Source: Armatimonadota bacterium (GTDB lineage Bacteria > Armatimonadota > Fimbriimonadia > Fimbriimonadales > GBS-DC). Taken from it: a stretch of DNA of 64,000 bases. Shown in pieces: positions 46,016 through 57,750 of the stretch. Numbering within the stretch: position 1 is the stretch's first letter; the number at the start of each line of letters is the position of its first letter. The position numbers and the translations under genes were made by a program. The stretch is taken from the NCBI GenBank assembly GCA_037444405.1, contig JBBIML010000011.1, positions 32,001-96,000 on the forward strand, given 5' to 3'. Below the pieces are notes generated by a model. The model did not search any database, had not been told where the DNA came from, and saw only the letters and a list, made by a program, of their open reading frames with translations.

Positions 46016-47038
46016 ATGAAAAACACCATCGGTAGTCGGATAACAGCGGTGCTTGCCATAAGCACCATCAGCGCATCGCTGCTGGGGCAAACGCCCAACC
46101 CCTCACCTGGCACGACGCCTCCAGCAGATACCGAAAAGCTCTGGTTTACAGACCTCAGCCTGTGTCAAAGCACCGCCCGCCGCAAAGACCCTGCCCTGCT
46201 TCCCTACATACGCGAGATGCTCCAGTCGCCAAGGCAACGCTATAAAGAACACGCCCATTCCCTGACTGTGTGTGCGCTGGTCGCCCTCGGGCGTATCGGA
46301 ACCGAAGAGGCGCTTACCGCGCTGGAAAGCGTTGCAAACAATCTCAAGCCCTACTATCGGGAGTCGTATGTGCCTGTTATCAGGGCGCGCATTCGCGCCG
46401 ACATGGAGTTCCCTACGGTCCACACTCGCGAGCAGTGGGAGCAGAAAGTGGCGTTCTTCCTGCAGGAGGCAGGGCTGACCCGCGAAGCGCTGCAGGAGGC
46501 TCTGAAAAATCATCCCCAGTTCGGAGACCCGATGGTTTATCCGTCGCGCGGGGTCGTGGCGGTGCGGGTGCTGCTGGAGATGGCAGGCGAGGCGTATGCG
46601 AATGGGGTCAAAGAAGCGCTGGAGCTGTTTCAGGGGCTGGAGTTAGAGCGGGACGACCCCTCACGGGTTCGGTATCAGCTGATACCGCTGAACAGACAGC
46701 AGCGGATTGAGTGGCTGATCCATTCGCTGACCCACAAACCAGCAAGTCGTTTTCGGGATCGGTACGAGTTGCTGGCGCTGTGGCAGTGTGGCGAGGCGGC
46801 GATACCTGCGATTCTGGCGAAGATAGAGGAGCTGTCTTCGCAGAAGCCGAAGGAGGAGGCGGAGATTGTTCGGGTGAATGTTGGGATAGCGAACCTGCTG
46901 GAGGTGCTGGCAGGTTTTGATGACCCGCGCGTGGAGCCGATTATGACACGATTTGCCCAGAGGGGCTATCACGAGGCAGAAGAGTTTCTCCGTCGGAATC
47001 GGAAGGGGCTACGCGGAATTATTATTTATGATTGGTAG
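46016..47038 (+). CDS. secreted alpha-helical (HEAT-like) hypothetical protein
   Basis: Strong SD AAGGAGG, signal peptide, ALVALGRIGTEEALTAL and ALWQCGEAAIPAIL repeats. Confidence 0.65.
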   Translation: MKNTIGSRITAVLAISTISASLLGQTPNPSPGTTPPADTEKLWFTDLSLCQSTARRKDPALLPYIREMLQSPRQRYKEHAHSLTVCALVALGRIGTEEALTALESVANNLKPYYRESYVPVIRARIRADMEFPTVHTREQWEQKVAFFLQEAGLTREALQEALKNHPQFGDPMVYPSRGVVAVRVLLEMAGEAYANGVKEALELFQGLELERDDPSRVRYQLIPLNRQQRIEWLIHSLTHKPASRFRDRYELLALWQCGEAAIPAILAKIEELSSQKPKEEAEIVRVNVGIANLLEVLAGFDDPRVEPIMTRFAQRGYHEAEEFLRRNRKGLRGIIIYDW

Positions 47039-47047
47039 ACCGAGCCG

Positions 47048-47940
47048 ATGTATGGCTTGGTGCGCAAGGTGAGAGACGCGCTGGGGCGGGCGACGGAGTA
47101 TCAGGATTACGCAGCCGATGAGGCGAACCTGGCGCGTCGGGGTCAGGTAAAGCGGGTGATTGTGCCGGGCGGTTACTGGCGGGAGTTAGACTATGGCGGA
47201 CTGGGCTGGATGGTGCGTCGCGAGGTGCAGACGGCGAGTGGGAGCGAGGTGACGACCTACACCTATGACGCGTGGGATCGGTTGCGGGGGATAGACTACC
47301 CGCGCAGTGCCGATGTGAATATGGGCTGGGACGGTGAGAACCGTCGGGTATGGGTTGTGGATGGTGGTGCAGGGCGTCGGGAGTATACCTACGATGCGTG
47401 GGGTCGGGTGGTGCGCCAGCAGGGATGCTGTGGGAGTGAGCTTGTTGACATAGTGGCAGTAGAAGCCCGTTATGATGCCGCCGGCAGACGCACTGAAATC
47501 CGCGAGATAACCCCATATGGCACAGGACGCACCATTTATACCTTCTACGACGGGTTGGGGCGCGTCAAAGCCATCGGACCGTCACCCAATCCCCCCTGAC
47601 CCCGAGGGAGATAGAAATGTGATTTACTATTATGACAGTGCGGGGCGCCTGTGGAAAGAGGCGTTCCTGAATGGCAACCACTTTATTCACAGCTATTACG
47701 GTACCGATGGCGCAGGTGGAGGATGCTCTCAGTGGGGCAGTGAACCGCTTTGCGTGGAACCCTGAAGGCACGCTGGCGCGATGGAGTACCAATCAGCCGA
47801 ACAGTTATGCGCGGGTGTTTGGGTATGATGAAGAGGGTCGCCTGACGCGGATAGAGCGGGATTATGGCAGCGGCAACTTGCAGATGGCGTATGAGTATGG
47901 GTACAATAGTGAGGGTGTGCGGGTGTGGAAGCGGGGTGTT
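47048..47940 (+). pseudogene. Rhs/YD-repeat protein remnant
   Basis: YTYDAWDRL, YTYDAWGRV, YDAAGRR, YDSAGRL, YDEEGRL spread over three frames; shifts near 47591-99 and about 47707; no Rhs core end. Confidence 0.8.
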
Positions 47941-47983
47941 CCTGTAAAAGTCGTTGTGAGGCGGAAAATGCCGGATGAGGTTT

Positions 47984-49024
47984 TCAAATGCCTGGGGTGC
48001 TTTCGAAGTGATCCCAGCCGCCTGCAGGCATCGGTGTGCGGTTGCCTTCCGCATCCTCCAGCCATAGCCCCTTCTCTTCAACGAGGTGTCCGATGGGTGT
48101 GAGGGGAGTTCCTGTCTGGGCGGGCAGCATCTCCATCAGCGGCTGGGCAGTCGCGGGCGCGGCGGCGATCAGCAGCTCATAGTCCTCGCCACCTGACAGC
48201 GCGAAGAGCATGGGGTCTTCACCCCTCTGCTCGCACCAGCGCCGTGCGGCTGGATGAACGGGTATCTGCACCGACTGGACGACGGCGCCGCAGCGGGAGG
48301 CGTGCGCCAGCTTCGGCAGGTCCGCCGCCAGTCCGTCGCTGATGTCCATCATGGCATGGATGCCACCTACGCGCAGCAATTGCCCTTCCGCAAGGCGCGG
48401 AACGGGTCGGAAATGCGCCTGCAGGGCTTCGCTATCGGAGCGGTCGCCCTGCGTCAGGCGCATCAGTCCTGCCCGCGAGCCGCCCAGCGCGCCCGTGACC
48501 AGCAGCCAGTCGCCCGGCTGACCGCCTCGCCGCAGCACGGGCGACCCCTGCACGCTGCCCAGCACGCTCACATCGATGATGAGGGCGCCGTTCGCGGGCG
48601 CGGCGCGGTTGGTGTCGCCGCCAATCAGGGGCACACCATAGCGGCGGGCGCACTCCAGAAAGCCCTCGATGAATCGGTCGAGCCAGTCGCCCGTGCGTTC
48701 GGACGGCAGCGCGAGGCTCAACAGCGCACCGAGCGCTTCGCCCCCCATCGCCGCTATATCGCTCAGATTGACCGCGAGCGACTTCCAGCCCAGCTCGCGG
48801 GCGTCCATCCAGTCGAGCCGAAAATGGACGCCCTCAATCAGCATATCGGCTGTCCACAGCATCAGGCGGTCGCCCACCTGTAGCACGGCGGCGTCATCGC
48901 CGATGCCCTCTATGAGGCTAACGCCCGCTAACAGAGGAAGCGGGTCGCTCCCACCCAGCGCGGCGCGAGCGATGCGCCCGATCAGCGCGTATTCGGCGCC
49001 CAGTTCGGACCAGTTATTTAGCAT
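47984..49024 (-). CDS. thiL: thiamine-monophosphate kinase
   Basis: [39 protein letters not shown]. Confidence 0.95.
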   Translation of the reverse strand: MLNNWSELGAEYALIGRIARAALGGSDPLPLLAGVSLIEGIGDDAAVLQVGDRLMLWTADMLIEGVHFRLDWMDARELGWKSLAVNLSDIAAMGGEALGALLSLALPSERTGDWLDRFIEGFLECARRYGVPLIGGDTNRAAPANGALIIDVSVLGSVQGSPVLRRGGQPGDWLLVTGALGGSRAGLMRLTQGDRSDSEALQAHFRPVPRLAEGQLLRVGGIHAMMDISDGLAADLPKLAHASRCGAVVQSVQIPVHPAARRWCEQRGEDPMLFALSGGEDYELLIAAAPATAQPLMEMLPAQTGTPLTPIGHLVEEKGLWLEDAEGNRTPMPAGGWDHFESTPGI

Positions 49025-50285
49025 ACGGTTGCAGTTTGGCGGCGACGGTGGGGATGACCTGCGCGCGCAGGTGGATGCCCTGCTCGTGATAGTCGACCGA
49101 CAGCACGCGCCCCAGCTCGTAGCATTCGGCGACGAGCGCGCTCGCCTCATACGGCAGCCACACATCGACGCTCACCAGCATCCCCTGCAGCGTGCTGACG
49201 ATGCGATCCATCAGGTGGGGGATACCCTGCGCCTGCTTCGCGGAGATATAGACCGAGTTCGGATGCTCGGCGACCAGCTGGCGCAGCCAGTAGGTATCGC
49301 GCACGCGGTCAGCCTTGTTGAACACCAGAATAGTGGGCTTCTGATCCGCGCCCAGCTCAACGAGCGTGGTCTCCACCGCGTCGCGCTGGAGTTCCCAGTG
49401 CGGGCTGGAGATGTCGATTACATGCAGCAAGAAGTCGGCTTCCAGCACCTCTTCGAGCGTGGCGCGGAAGGCTTCTAACAGCATCGGGGGCAGATTCTCC
49501 ACGAAGCCCACCGTGTCGGTCAACAGTACCGACCAGCCATCGGGCAGCACCACGCGGCGCGTGGTGGGGTCCAGCGTGGCAAACACGCGCGAATCGACAT
49601 AGGTGTGCGAGCCAGATAGCACATTCAGCAGGGTCGATTTGCCCGCGTTGGTGTAGCCGACGATGGCGCCGCTGGGGAAGGGCAGTCGGCGTCGGGACGC
49701 GCGCTGATGTTCGCGCTGACGACGGATTTCGTCGATTTCGTGGCGCAGGTGGGCGATGCGCTCGCGTACGCGCCGCCGATCCATCTCCAGCTTGGTCTCG
49801 CCGGGACCGCGCGTGCCGATGCCGCCGCCCAATCGGGAGAGCGCGTTGCCCTTGCCCGACAGGCGCGGCATCAAGTACAGCAGCTGCGCCAGCTCCACCT
49901 GCAACGCACCCTCACGCGAGCGCGCCCGCCGCGCAAAAATGTCCAGAATCAGCTGCGTGCGGTCGATCACGCGCGTCTGGGTCAGCTCCTCCAGATTGCG
50001 CTGCTGCACGGGGGTCAGTTCGGTGTCAAAAATAATCAGGTCGGCTTCCTTTTCGCGAGCCAGCACGAACAGCTCCTCCGCTTTGCCCCTGCCGATGCAG
50101 GTGGCGACATCAGGGCTGTGGCGTCGCTGGCGCATCTCGGCGATAATCGTCACGCCCGCCGACCGGCTCAGCGCCCGCATCTCGTCCGCCCAGTACGACT
50201 CTTCGAGGTCAGTGTCCGCGTGGCACAGCACCAGGATGGCTCGCTCTGGCTCCGCGATGGCTCGCACCTGTGCGATAGCGGTCAC
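49014..50285 (-). CDS. hflX: ribosome-splitting GTPase HflX
   Basis: [42 protein letters not shown]. Confidence 0.97.
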   Translation of the reverse strand: MTAIAQVRAIAEPERAILVLCHADTDLEESYWADEMRALSRSAGVTIIAEMRQRRHSPDVATCIGRGKAEELFVLAREKEADLIIFDTELTPVQQRNLEELTQTRVIDRTQLILDIFARRARSREGALQVELAQLLYLMPRLSGKGNALSRLGGGIGTRGPGETKLEMDRRRVRERIAHLRHEIDEIRRQREHQRASRRRLPFPSGAIVGYTNAGKSTLLNVLSGSHTYVDSRVFATLDPTTRRVVLPDGWSVLLTDTVGFVENLPPMLLEAFRATLEEVLEADFLLHVIDISSPHWELQRDAVETTLVELGADQKPTILVFNKADRVRDTYWLRQLVAEHPNSVYISAKQAQGIPHLMDRIVSTLQGMLVSVDVWLPYEASALVAECYELGRVLSVDYHEQGIHLRAQVIPTVAAKLQPYAK

Positions 50286-50291
50286 CTCCTA

Positions 50292-50507
50292 CTAATCTTC
50301 CAGCTCGCGACGCGAGAGGGGCGATTGCAAGTGGGCGTGCTGCCAGTGACGGATCAGCCCGTACACGATCAGCCCCGCTCCCACCAGCAACAGCAGCGGG
50401 AATAGCATCGCCACCAGCCGCATCGCGATAGCCAGAACGCGAAACGCGACCTGAAGCAGGACCACGGCGAGCAGGATCAGCAGTCCCAGCCGCACATAGC
50501 GGTTCAT
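50292..50507 (-). CDS. small membrane protein
   Basis: Two hydrophobic helices; coupled to neighbours. Confidence 0.6.
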   Translation of the reverse strand: MNRYVRLGLLILLAVVLLQVAFRVLAIAMRLVAMLFPLLLLVGAGLIVYGLIRHWQHAHLQSPLSRRELED

Positions 50508-50782
50508 TCGCGCCCCTCCTGTGAACTGGTGCTAACGGCTTGCGCTGGGCTGGACGCCGAATCGCTGCTGACAGGCATCGGCGCGGCGGCTTCTGTCGCC
50601 GCCTTCGCCTTCGCGCTTTTGCGCAGCTCCATCGCCAGCCCGATCAGGATCAGCGCGACGCCCGCACCCGCGCTCCAGGGCAAAAACCACTGGATATGGT
50701 TCAGCAGCACCGCGCCCAGATAGAGCAGCACCGATGCCGACAGCACCAGCACCCCAAGATACATCACCTTGTTTTTCGGCAT
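50504..50782 (-). CDS. small membrane protein
   Basis: MPKNKVMY start after GAGGTG; two TM helices; Ala/Ser-rich tail. Confidence 0.6.
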   Translation of the reverse strand: MPKNKVMYLGVLVLSASVLLYLGAVLLNHIQWFLPWSAGAGVALILIGLAMELRKSAKAKAATEAAAPMPVSSDSASSPAQAVSTSSQEGRE

Positions 50783-50840
50783 AGCCACCTCTTTATAATA
50801 CCCCACTTGCCTGCTAAATTGCACCGTTAGGTATCCTCTG

Positions 50841-51647
50841 ATGATGATAGAAAGGCTGGGCACTTTGTGGGAGCGATGGTCGGAGCCAGTGCTGACAGGG
50901 GCGCTGAAAATCGCGCTGGTTGTGGCGCTGGTGCTGATTGCGCGCTGGTTGATGGCGCGCGCGATTATGGCAGCCCTGAACACCCTCCAGCGCCGCTTCG
51001 AGGTGTCCGAGCGACGCGCCGCCCAGATTCAGACCCTCACCGCCCTGCTCATCAGCATCCTCAACTACACGCTGCTCTTTGTGGCGCTATTGACCATCCT
51101 GAGCGTGTTCGGTGTCAATCTGGGACCCGTGCTGGCGACGGCGGGCATCACCGGGCTGGCAATCAGCTTCGGGGCGCAACGGCTCGTGCGCGACCTCATC
51201 AACGGCTTCTTCATTCTGCTCGAAGATCAGTTCGCGGTGGGCGAATATGTCACGGTGGATGGCATCAGCGGCATGGTGGAGACGATGGGCATGCGTATCA
51301 CCCGCCTGCGCGACGACGAGGGACGACTGGTCACGATTGCCAACGGCGACATCAATCGTGTGATCAATCACAGTCGGGGCGAGAAGCGGCTGGTGCTGGA
51401 GGTGGGTATCGCCAGCACGGTGGAGCTGCCCGCCGCGCGCGAATGGCTGCAGCGCACCGTCGAATCGTTCCAGCATCCCGCGCTGCGCACGCCCCTGAGC
51501 GTGCAGGGACCCGCCTCGCTGGAGAGCAACCGCTACCTGTTCCGCATCGAGGGGCGCACGGTCAACCAGCAGGGTACAATTGTGCAGGACGCGCTGCGCG
51601 AGCATCTGCTGCTGGCGGCGCGTCAGCACAACATTCCACTGGCATAG
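50841..51647 (+). CDS. mscS: small-conductance mechanosensitive channel family protein
   Basis: AGITGLAISFGAQ..VRD..NG.FIL.EDQF.VG. Confidence 0.9.
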   Translation: MMIERLGTLWERWSEPVLTGALKIALVVALVLIARWLMARAIMAALNTLQRRFEVSERRAAQIQTLTALLISILNYTLLFVALLTILSVFGVNLGPVLATAGITGLAISFGAQRLVRDLINGFFILLEDQFAVGEYVTVDGISGMVETMGMRITRLRDDEGRLVTIANGDINRVINHSRGEKRLVLEVGIASTVELPAAREWLQRTVESFQHPALRTPLSVQGPASLESNRYLFRIEGRTVNQQGTIVQDALREHLLLAARQHNIPLA

Positions 51648-51656
51648 GAGTGAACA

Positions 51657-52157
51657 ATGAGGGCGCGTGTGAACTTTCTGAAGGAGCTGCTCATCCAGGC
51701 TTATGAAGGCAGCCGCTGGCACAGCTTCAAAACGGCGGTCAGAGGGCTGACGCCCGAAGAGGCGCTCTGGAAGCCCCCAACAGGCTACAAAGGCTTCCGC
51801 TGGGCGGACGGCTCCATCCTGAAAATCATTTTTCATCTGGGCGCCGATAAAATCGTGCAGATTTCCACCGCCTTCGGTGAGGGCGCAGTCGACTGGAACG
51901 CGATGGAACATCGCTTCCGGGCGATGGGAGGCGACCTGAACGCCGCCCTGCAAATCGCACAGGAAGGCTACGAAACCAGCCTCGATGCGCTCGCGCCCCT
52001 AACCGACGACGACCTGCAGGTGGAGCGACCCTACTGGGGCGGCGGACGCATGCCCACCGGCGACCTGTTCCTGATGCTGGCAGAACACGACCTCTACCAC
52101 GCCGGACAGATTCAATACATCCGCGCGATGTACGCTGCGCTGAAGGGGGCAAAATGA
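51657..52157 (+). CDS. DinB/YfiT family protein
   Basis: SI..IIFHL and [10 protein letters not shown]. Confidence 0.8.
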   Translation: MRARVNFLKELLIQAYEGSRWHSFKTAVRGLTPEEALWKPPTGYKGFRWADGSILKIIFHLGADKIVQISTAFGEGAVDWNAMEHRFRAMGGDLNAALQIAQEGYETSLDALAPLTDDDLQVERPYWGGGRMPTGDLFLMLAEHDLYHAGQIQYIRAMYAALKGAK

Positions 52158-53323
52158 TGAAGAAGACCGTTCGCGATATTGAGGTGCGGGGCAGGCGCGT
52201 GCTGGTGCGCGTCGATTTCAATGTGCCCCTTCAGGACGGACAGATTACCGACGACCGTCGCATTCGTGAAGCGCTGCCGACGATTCAATATCTGCTGGAG
52301 CAGGGTGCGACGGTGATCCTGATGTCGCATCTCGGTCGCCCCAAAGGGCGGCGCGACCCGCAATATTCGCTGCGCCCCGTGGCGCAACGGCTGAGCGAGC
52401 TGCTCGGTCGCCCTGTGCGCTTTCTGGACGACTGCATCGGCGACGCGGTGGAGCAGGCGGTGCAGGCAGCGGCGCCCGGCGAAGTAATCCTGCTGGAGAA
52501 CCTGCGCTTCCATCCTGAAGAGGAGGCGAACGACCCCGCCTTTGCGCAGGCGCTGGCGCGGCTGGGCGAGATTTATGTGAACGACGCTTTCGGCTCGGCA
52601 CATCGAGCGCACGCCTCCACTGAGGGCGTGACGCGCTACCTGCCTGCTGTCGCAGGACTGCTGATGGAAAAGGAGCTGCGCTACCTCAGCCATGCGCTTG
52701 CCAGCCCCGAGCGCCCCTTTATTGCCATTCTGGGCGGCGCGAAGGTGCATGACAAAATCGGCGTGATCCAGAACCTTCTGCCGAAGGTGGATCGGCTGCT
52801 GATTGGGGGCGGGATGGCGTTCACCTTCCTCAAAGCCCAGGGCTACGAGATTGGGCGCTCCCTGCTGGATGCCGATAGCCTTGAGTTCGCGCGACAGGTT
52901 CTGCAGCAGGCAGGCGATAAGATGGTGCTGCCCGTCGATGTGGTGGTGGCGCCCGCACCCGAATCGGAGACATGGCAGATTGTGCCTGTCGATGCCATGC
53001 CGCCCGACCAGATGGGGCTGGACATCGGTTCCGAAACGGTCGCCCGCTTCGGGGAGATAATCCGCACGGCGAAAACCATCGTGTGGAACGGACCGCTGGG
53101 GCTGTTCGAGCGGGCGCCGTTCGCGCAGGGCACGCGCGCGGTGCTGCAGGCGGTCGCTGAATCGGGCGCGGTCTCCATTCTCGGCGGTGGCGATACCGCT
53201 GCCGCCGCCGAGCAACTGGGCTTCGCGGACCGTATCACTCACATCTCCACAGGCGGCGGCGCGGCGCTGGAGTTCCTTGAGGGGCGCGAACTGCCCGGCG
53301 TGGCAGCGCTGCAGGACAGCTAA
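52154..53323 (+). CDS. pgk: phosphoglycerate kinase
   Basis: [39 protein letters not shown]. Confidence 0.98.
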   Translation: MMKKTVRDIEVRGRRVLVRVDFNVPLQDGQITDDRRIREALPTIQYLLEQGATVILMSHLGRPKGRRDPQYSLRPVAQRLSELLGRPVRFLDDCIGDAVEQAVQAAAPGEVILLENLRFHPEEEANDPAFAQALARLGEIYVNDAFGSAHRAHASTEGVTRYLPAVAGLLMEKELRYLSHALASPERPFIAILGGAKVHDKIGVIQNLLPKVDRLLIGGGMAFTFLKAQGYEIGRSLLDADSLEFARQVLQQAGDKMVLPVDVVVAPAPESETWQIVPVDAMPPDQMGLDIGSETVARFGEIIRTAKTIVWNGPLGLFERAPFAQGTRAVLQAVAESGAVSILGGGDTAAAAEQLGFADRITHISTGGGAALEFLEGRELPGVAALQDS

Positions 53324-54231
53324 TAGAGGCGCTCGACCTCTTCACGGCTTGGCAACGAGGGCTGGGCGCCCCAGCGCGTTACGGCAACGGCAGCCGTACA
53401 CTGCCCGAACCGAACCGCCTCATGCAGGGGTTTACCTTCGGTCAGCGCGACGGTGAAGCCCGCCACGAAGGCGTCGCCCGCCGCCGTGCTGTCCACCGCC
53501 TGCACTGGCAGGGCAGGCTGGTGATGAACCGCTTCGGCAGTGCCGTAGAGGGCACCGCGTGCGCCCAGCGTGATGACCACCGTCGGACAGCCCCATTCCA
53601 GCAATCGGCGCAAGATTTCCCGCTCATCGGTCTGCTCGTCCACACCGGTCAGCTGGCGTGCCTCCGTCTCGTTGGGGATCAGCACCGCCGTCTGGCGCAG
53701 CAACTCGAGGGGTAACGGGCGCGCCGGCGCAGGGTTCAAAATGAAGGGCACGCCGTGTCGCCCTGCAATCTGTGCCGCCACCTCCACCGCCTCTAACGGA
53801 ACCTCCAGCTGGGCAATCACCGCATCGGCTTCCGCAATCGCGGGCGCTGCCGCTTCAACTTGCTGAGGGCGAAGCGCCATGTTCGCGCCGGGCGCGACCA
53901 CAATCGCGTTCTCGCCCCGTTCCGAGACCGCAATCAGCGCGACACCCGATGGATAATCCGCCGTGCGCACCAGATAGCGCGTGTCGATGCCCTCTCGCTG
54001 CAGGTTCTGCAGGGTCTGCTCGCCAAACTGATCCTGCCCGATACAGCCGATGAAGCACACCTGTGCGCCCAGCCGCGCGGCAGCCACTGCCTGATTTGCC
54101 CCTTTACCACCCGCCACCATACGCAATGCGTCGCCCAGCACCGTCTCACCTGATGCCGGGATCGACGGCACCTGCACCACCAGATCGGTGTTCGCACTGC
54201 CGACAACAACAATCCGCTTTCGGCTCGACAT
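53320..54231 (-). CDS. rbsK: ribokinase
   Basis: [34 protein letters not shown]. Confidence 0.93.
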   Translation of the reverse strand: MSSRKRIVVVGSANTDLVVQVPSIPASGETVLGDALRMVAGGKGANQAVAAARLGAQVCFIGCIGQDQFGEQTLQNLQREGIDTRYLVRTADYPSGVALIAVSERGENAIVVAPGANMALRPQQVEAAAPAIAEADAVIAQLEVPLEAVEVAAQIAGRHGVPFILNPAPARPLPLELLRQTAVLIPNETEARQLTGVDEQTDEREILRRLLEWGCPTVVITLGARGALYGTAEAVHHQPALPVQAVDSTAAGDAFVAGFTVALTEGKPLHEAVRFGQCTAAVAVTRWGAQPSLPSREEVERLY

Positions 54232-54244
54232 CGCTGTCTACAGG

Positions 54245-54640
54245 CTACGGCGTCAGCAGGCGCACGAAACCCTCCTGCTCAAAGTGATGGCCGGTGGTGA
54301 GCGCCTCGGTAATGCCATAGGTTCGCATCACGACGAAGCTCACCGCATCACAGAGCGAATAGCTTTTATCGGGTCGCGCCTGCAATAAATCGATCGCGCT
54401 CTGGTGCAGCGGCCTGTCCACCCAGACGACTTCTACATCTGCGTTGTCCATCAGGTCGGAGGCAAATGCCAGCGCCGCTGTGCGGTTCACTCTCCTTGCC
54501 TGACAAAGCGCCACAAATTCTGCCAGCACATAGTTGTGAGTGAGCAGCTTCGGTGCTGCCTGGAACAATCGAACGGCTTCAGCATGCAATAGCTCGTCAC
54601 GATGGAGGTAGCAAAATAGCCCTGATGTATCCAGTAACAT
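54245..54640 (-). CDS. vapC: VapC PIN-domain toxin
   Basis: LLDTSG, VLAEF, YSLCDAVSF, ALTTGHHFEQEGF. Confidence 0.88.
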   Translation of the reverse strand: MLLDTSGLFCYLHRDELLHAEAVRLFQAAPKLLTHNYVLAEFVALCQARRVNRTAALAFASDLMDNADVEVVWVDRPLHQSAIDLLQARPDKSYSLCDAVSFVVMRTYGITEALTTGHHFEQEGFVRLLTP

Positions 54641-54924
54641 TACTTTTCCTCCTCATGGGGACTGAGATACTCGCGGGCCAGATCGGCGTCGATGCTTTCG
54701 TTGTCTATACCTGTTGGATAGCCAAGACTGACCGCCCCCGCATGGCAGAGCAGGCGCTTTCTTGCCTCTCTACGCTCAGCCTCCGTCAATTGCGGTTGCG
54801 GTTTGAATCGATGCTCCAGCACGAACTCCAGCACGAGCGCCTCCACCGGGCGCCCCTGCTGGCGAGCCAACTCCTCACACGCCTGATACACCTCATCCGG
54901 CACTTCGATCGTGATGGTTTTCAT
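54640..54924 (-). CDS. vapB: RHH/CopG-type antitoxin
   Basis: MKTITIEVPDEVY..CEELARQQGR; DNESIDADLAREY; one-base overlap with vapC. Confidence 0.8.
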   Translation of the reverse strand: MKTITIEVPDEVYQACEELARQQGRPVEALVLEFVLEHRFKPQPQLTEAERREARKRLLCHAGAVSLGYPTGIDNESIDADLAREYLSPHEEEK

Positions 54925-54978
54925 CGGATCCACTCCTCTGCAGGAATTATACCGTCCCGTGAGTATAATCGGGGTGAG

Positions 54979-56982
54979 ATGAAGCGCAAAATCACGATTG
55001 AGGACCTGTTCCGCATTCGGCTGCTGGGTAGCCCGCAGATCGCGCCCGACGGCAGTCGGGTGGTGTTCGTGCAGAAGTGGATCGATGCGGAGAAGAACAA
55101 ATACTTCTCCAACCTGTGGCTGGCGCCGTTTGAGGGCGGCGAGGCGCGCGCCTTTACCTGTGGCGAGTGGAGCGATTCGCAGCCGCGCTGGTCGCCTGAC
55201 GGCAGGCAAATCGCCTTCGTCAGCAATCGCCAGAAGCCCAAAACGCAGATTTATCTGATCCCTGCCGACGGCGGTGAGGCGCGTCCCATCACCAATCTTG
55301 AGGAGGGCAGCATCGGCGAGATTGTCTGGTCGCCCGACGGCACTCGCATCGCCTTCACCTATCGCGAGACCGCCCCTGAATGGCGCGAGCAGGCGGTCAA
55401 AGAGCGCAGGGAAAAGGGCTTCTCGAACCCACCGCGCATCATCACCCGCGCCTACTGGCGACTGGACGGCGATGGCGCATTCGTTGACCAGCGCTATCAC
55501 CTCTATGTAGTCGATGTGCGCACGGGCGAAACGAAACAGCTCACCACCGACCCCACCTATGAGGAGTACAGCCCAACCTGGTCGCCCGATGGCAGACAGA
55601 TAGCCTTTCTGTCGAACCGTCGCCCCGACCCTGATAATGACCCGGATCGCATCGACATCTGGCGGATTTCGGTGGAGGGCGGCGAGCTTCAACGGGTGGA
55701 GGCGCCTGAAGGTCCGAAGTATGCTCTGCGCTGGTCGCCCGACGGACGCTATCTGGCATATCTGGGACACACTTATCCCGATGACCCTTATCCCCGCTGC
55801 GATCATCTCTGGCGCGTGTCGCCCGCAGGCGGCGACGCGACCAACCTCACGCCTGACCTGGATAACCTGATAGGCGTCGCGACGCTCACCGATGTGCGCG
55901 AGTTCGGTGGCGGGAACGGGTTCTACTGGAGTGCGGACAGTCAGCGGCTCTACTTCCTCGTCAGCGAGCGGGGCGGGGTCTATCCCTACCGCGTCGATGT
56001 GAACGGCTCGCGTGTGGAGCGGCTGCTGGAAGGCGATTTCGAAGTCGCCGATTTTTCGCTGGCGCAGGACGAAACGCGGTTCGCCCTACTCTATGGCACG
56101 CCAACCGCCCCGCACGAGGTGTACGCTGGCACCCTGCAGGGCAACACGCTCACCCTTCGCCCGCTGACCGCGCTCAATCAGCCTCTGCTGGGCGAGGTGC
56201 AGATTGTGCCGCCCGAAGAGTTCGAGGTGGAGGCGGACGACGGCGTAAAAATTCACGGCTGGCTCATCAAGCCGCCCGATTTTGACCCCTCGCGCCGCTA
56301 TCCGACCATCCTGATGATTCACGGCGGACCGCATGCGCAGTACGGGCGCGTCTTTTTCCATGAGTTCCAGCTGACGGCGGCGCAGGGCTATGTGGTGGCA
56401 TATACGAACCCGCGCGGCAGCTGGGGCTATGGCGAGGCGTTCGCCCGCGCCATCAAGGGCGATTGGGGCAACCGCGACTTTCGCGACCTGATGCATGTGG
56501 CGGACTATCTGGCAAGCCTGCCGTTTGTCGACCCTGAACGGATGGGCGTGGCGGGCGGCAGCTACGGCGGCTATATGACCAACTGGATTGTGGGGCACAC
56601 CGACCGCTTCAGAGCCGCCATCACCGACCGCAGTGTGGTGAACCTGGTGAGCATGGGCGGCACCTCCGACTTCCCGATGATTCCCAACCGCTACTGGCAG
56701 GGCAACTTCTGGGACGAGCCGCAGAAGCTGTGGGAGCGTTCGCCGCTGGCGTACGCGGGGCGCATCCGCACGCCGCTGCTGATTGTGCATAGCGAGGGCG
56801 ACCTACGCTGCCCCATCAGCGAAGCCGACCAGCTCTTCGCCGCGCTCAAACGGCTCGGGCGCGAGGTGGTCTATGTGCGCTACCCGCAGGAGACCAGCCA
56901 CGGGCTATCGCGCAGCGGTCCACCCGACCTCCGCGCCGACCGCCTCAAACGCTACCTGGAATGGTGGGCAAAGTATCTGTGA
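54979..56982 (+). CDS. S9 family (acylaminoacyl/dipeptidyl) peptidase
   Basis: WSPDG propeller repeats, IHGGP, GGSYGG, D (EGDLRC), H (TSHG). Confidence 0.95.
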   Translation: MKRKITIEDLFRIRLLGSPQIAPDGSRVVFVQKWIDAEKNKYFSNLWLAPFEGGEARAFTCGEWSDSQPRWSPDGRQIAFVSNRQKPKTQIYLIPADGGEARPITNLEEGSIGEIVWSPDGTRIAFTYRETAPEWREQAVKERREKGFSNPPRIITRAYWRLDGDGAFVDQRYHLYVVDVRTGETKQLTTDPTYEEYSPTWSPDGRQIAFLSNRRPDPDNDPDRIDIWRISVEGGELQRVEAPEGPKYALRWSPDGRYLAYLGHTYPDDPYPRCDHLWRVSPAGGDATNLTPDLDNLIGVATLTDVREFGGGNGFYWSADSQRLYFLVSERGGVYPYRVDVNGSRVERLLEGDFEVADFSLAQDETRFALLYGTPTAPHEVYAGTLQGNTLTLRPLTALNQPLLGEVQIVPPEEFEVEADDGVKIHGWLIKPPDFDPSRRYPTILMIHGGPHAQYGRVFFHEFQLTAAQGYVVAYTNPRGSWGYGEAFARAIKGDWGNRDFRDLMHVADYLASLPFVDPERMGVAGGSYGGYMTNWIVGHTDRFRAAITDRSVVNLVSMGGTSDFPMIPNRYWQGNFWDEPQKLWERSPLAYAGRIRTPLLIVHSEGDLRCPISEADQLFAALKRLGREVVYVRYPQETSHGLSRSGPPDLRADRLKRYLEWWAKYL

Positions 56983-56997
56983 GGGTATTTTTATAGC

Positions 56998-57735
56998 GTG
57001 CTGACCAGTACCTATATTCATCTATCGGGCATTAGCGACGAGCTGGAACGCCAGCTCTGGGCGCAGGGCGCACGCGACTGGCACACCCTGCTGGAGACCC
57101 CTGATTGCTGGGTGATCGCCGAGCCGTACCGAACGGCGATTTTGCGCGGGGCGGAACGCTCGCTCGATATGCTCCAGCAGGGCGATTATGCCTTCTTTGC
57201 AGGACGACTGCGCGTCGGCGAACACTGGCGAGCGTTACCGGAGTTCGGACATCGCACCGCCTATCTCGATGTCGAAACCGACGGCGGCACGACCATCACG
57301 GTGATTGGCGTCTACGATGGCATAGAGGTTCACCAGTTCGTGCGGGGCGTCAACCTGCAGGAGTTCCCTGACTTTATTCGCTCTTTCGCGCTGCTGGTGA
57401 CCTTCAACGGGCTGAACTTTGACCTGCCGATGCTGGAGCGCAACTTCGCAGGTTTGATGCTGGACCAGCTCCATCTGGATTTGTGTCCGACTTTGCGACG
57501 GCTGGGCTTGCGGGGCGGGTTGAAACGCATCGAGCAGACGCTGGGGCTGATTCGCGACCCCGATGTGGACGGGCTGGACGGCTGGGCAGCGGTGCGCCTC
57601 TGGCAAGCCCACTGCGCAGGGCACACCGCCGCGCTGGAGACGCTGCTGCGCTACAATCGCGAAGACATCGTGAATCTCAAACCGCTCGCCGAGCTGGCAT
57701 ACCGCCGCCTCAAAAGGCGGCTGCTCGGAATCTAA
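56998..57735 (+). CDS. RNase H-like 3'-5' exonuclease (YprB/RNase_H_2)
   Basis: YLDVETDG, TFNG..FDLP, GGLK.IE, YNRED. Confidence 0.85.
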   Translation: MLTSTYIHLSGISDELERQLWAQGARDWHTLLETPDCWVIAEPYRTAILRGAERSLDMLQQGDYAFFAGRLRVGEHWRALPEFGHRTAYLDVETDGGTTITVIGVYDGIEVHQFVRGVNLQEFPDFIRSFALLVTFNGLNFDLPMLERNFAGLMLDQLHLDLCPTLRRLGLRGGLKRIEQTLGLIRDPDVDGLDGWAAVRLWQAHCAGHTAALETLLRYNREDIVNLKPLAELAYRRLKRRLLGI

Positions 57736-57750
57736 AACCCGATTAGCCTG

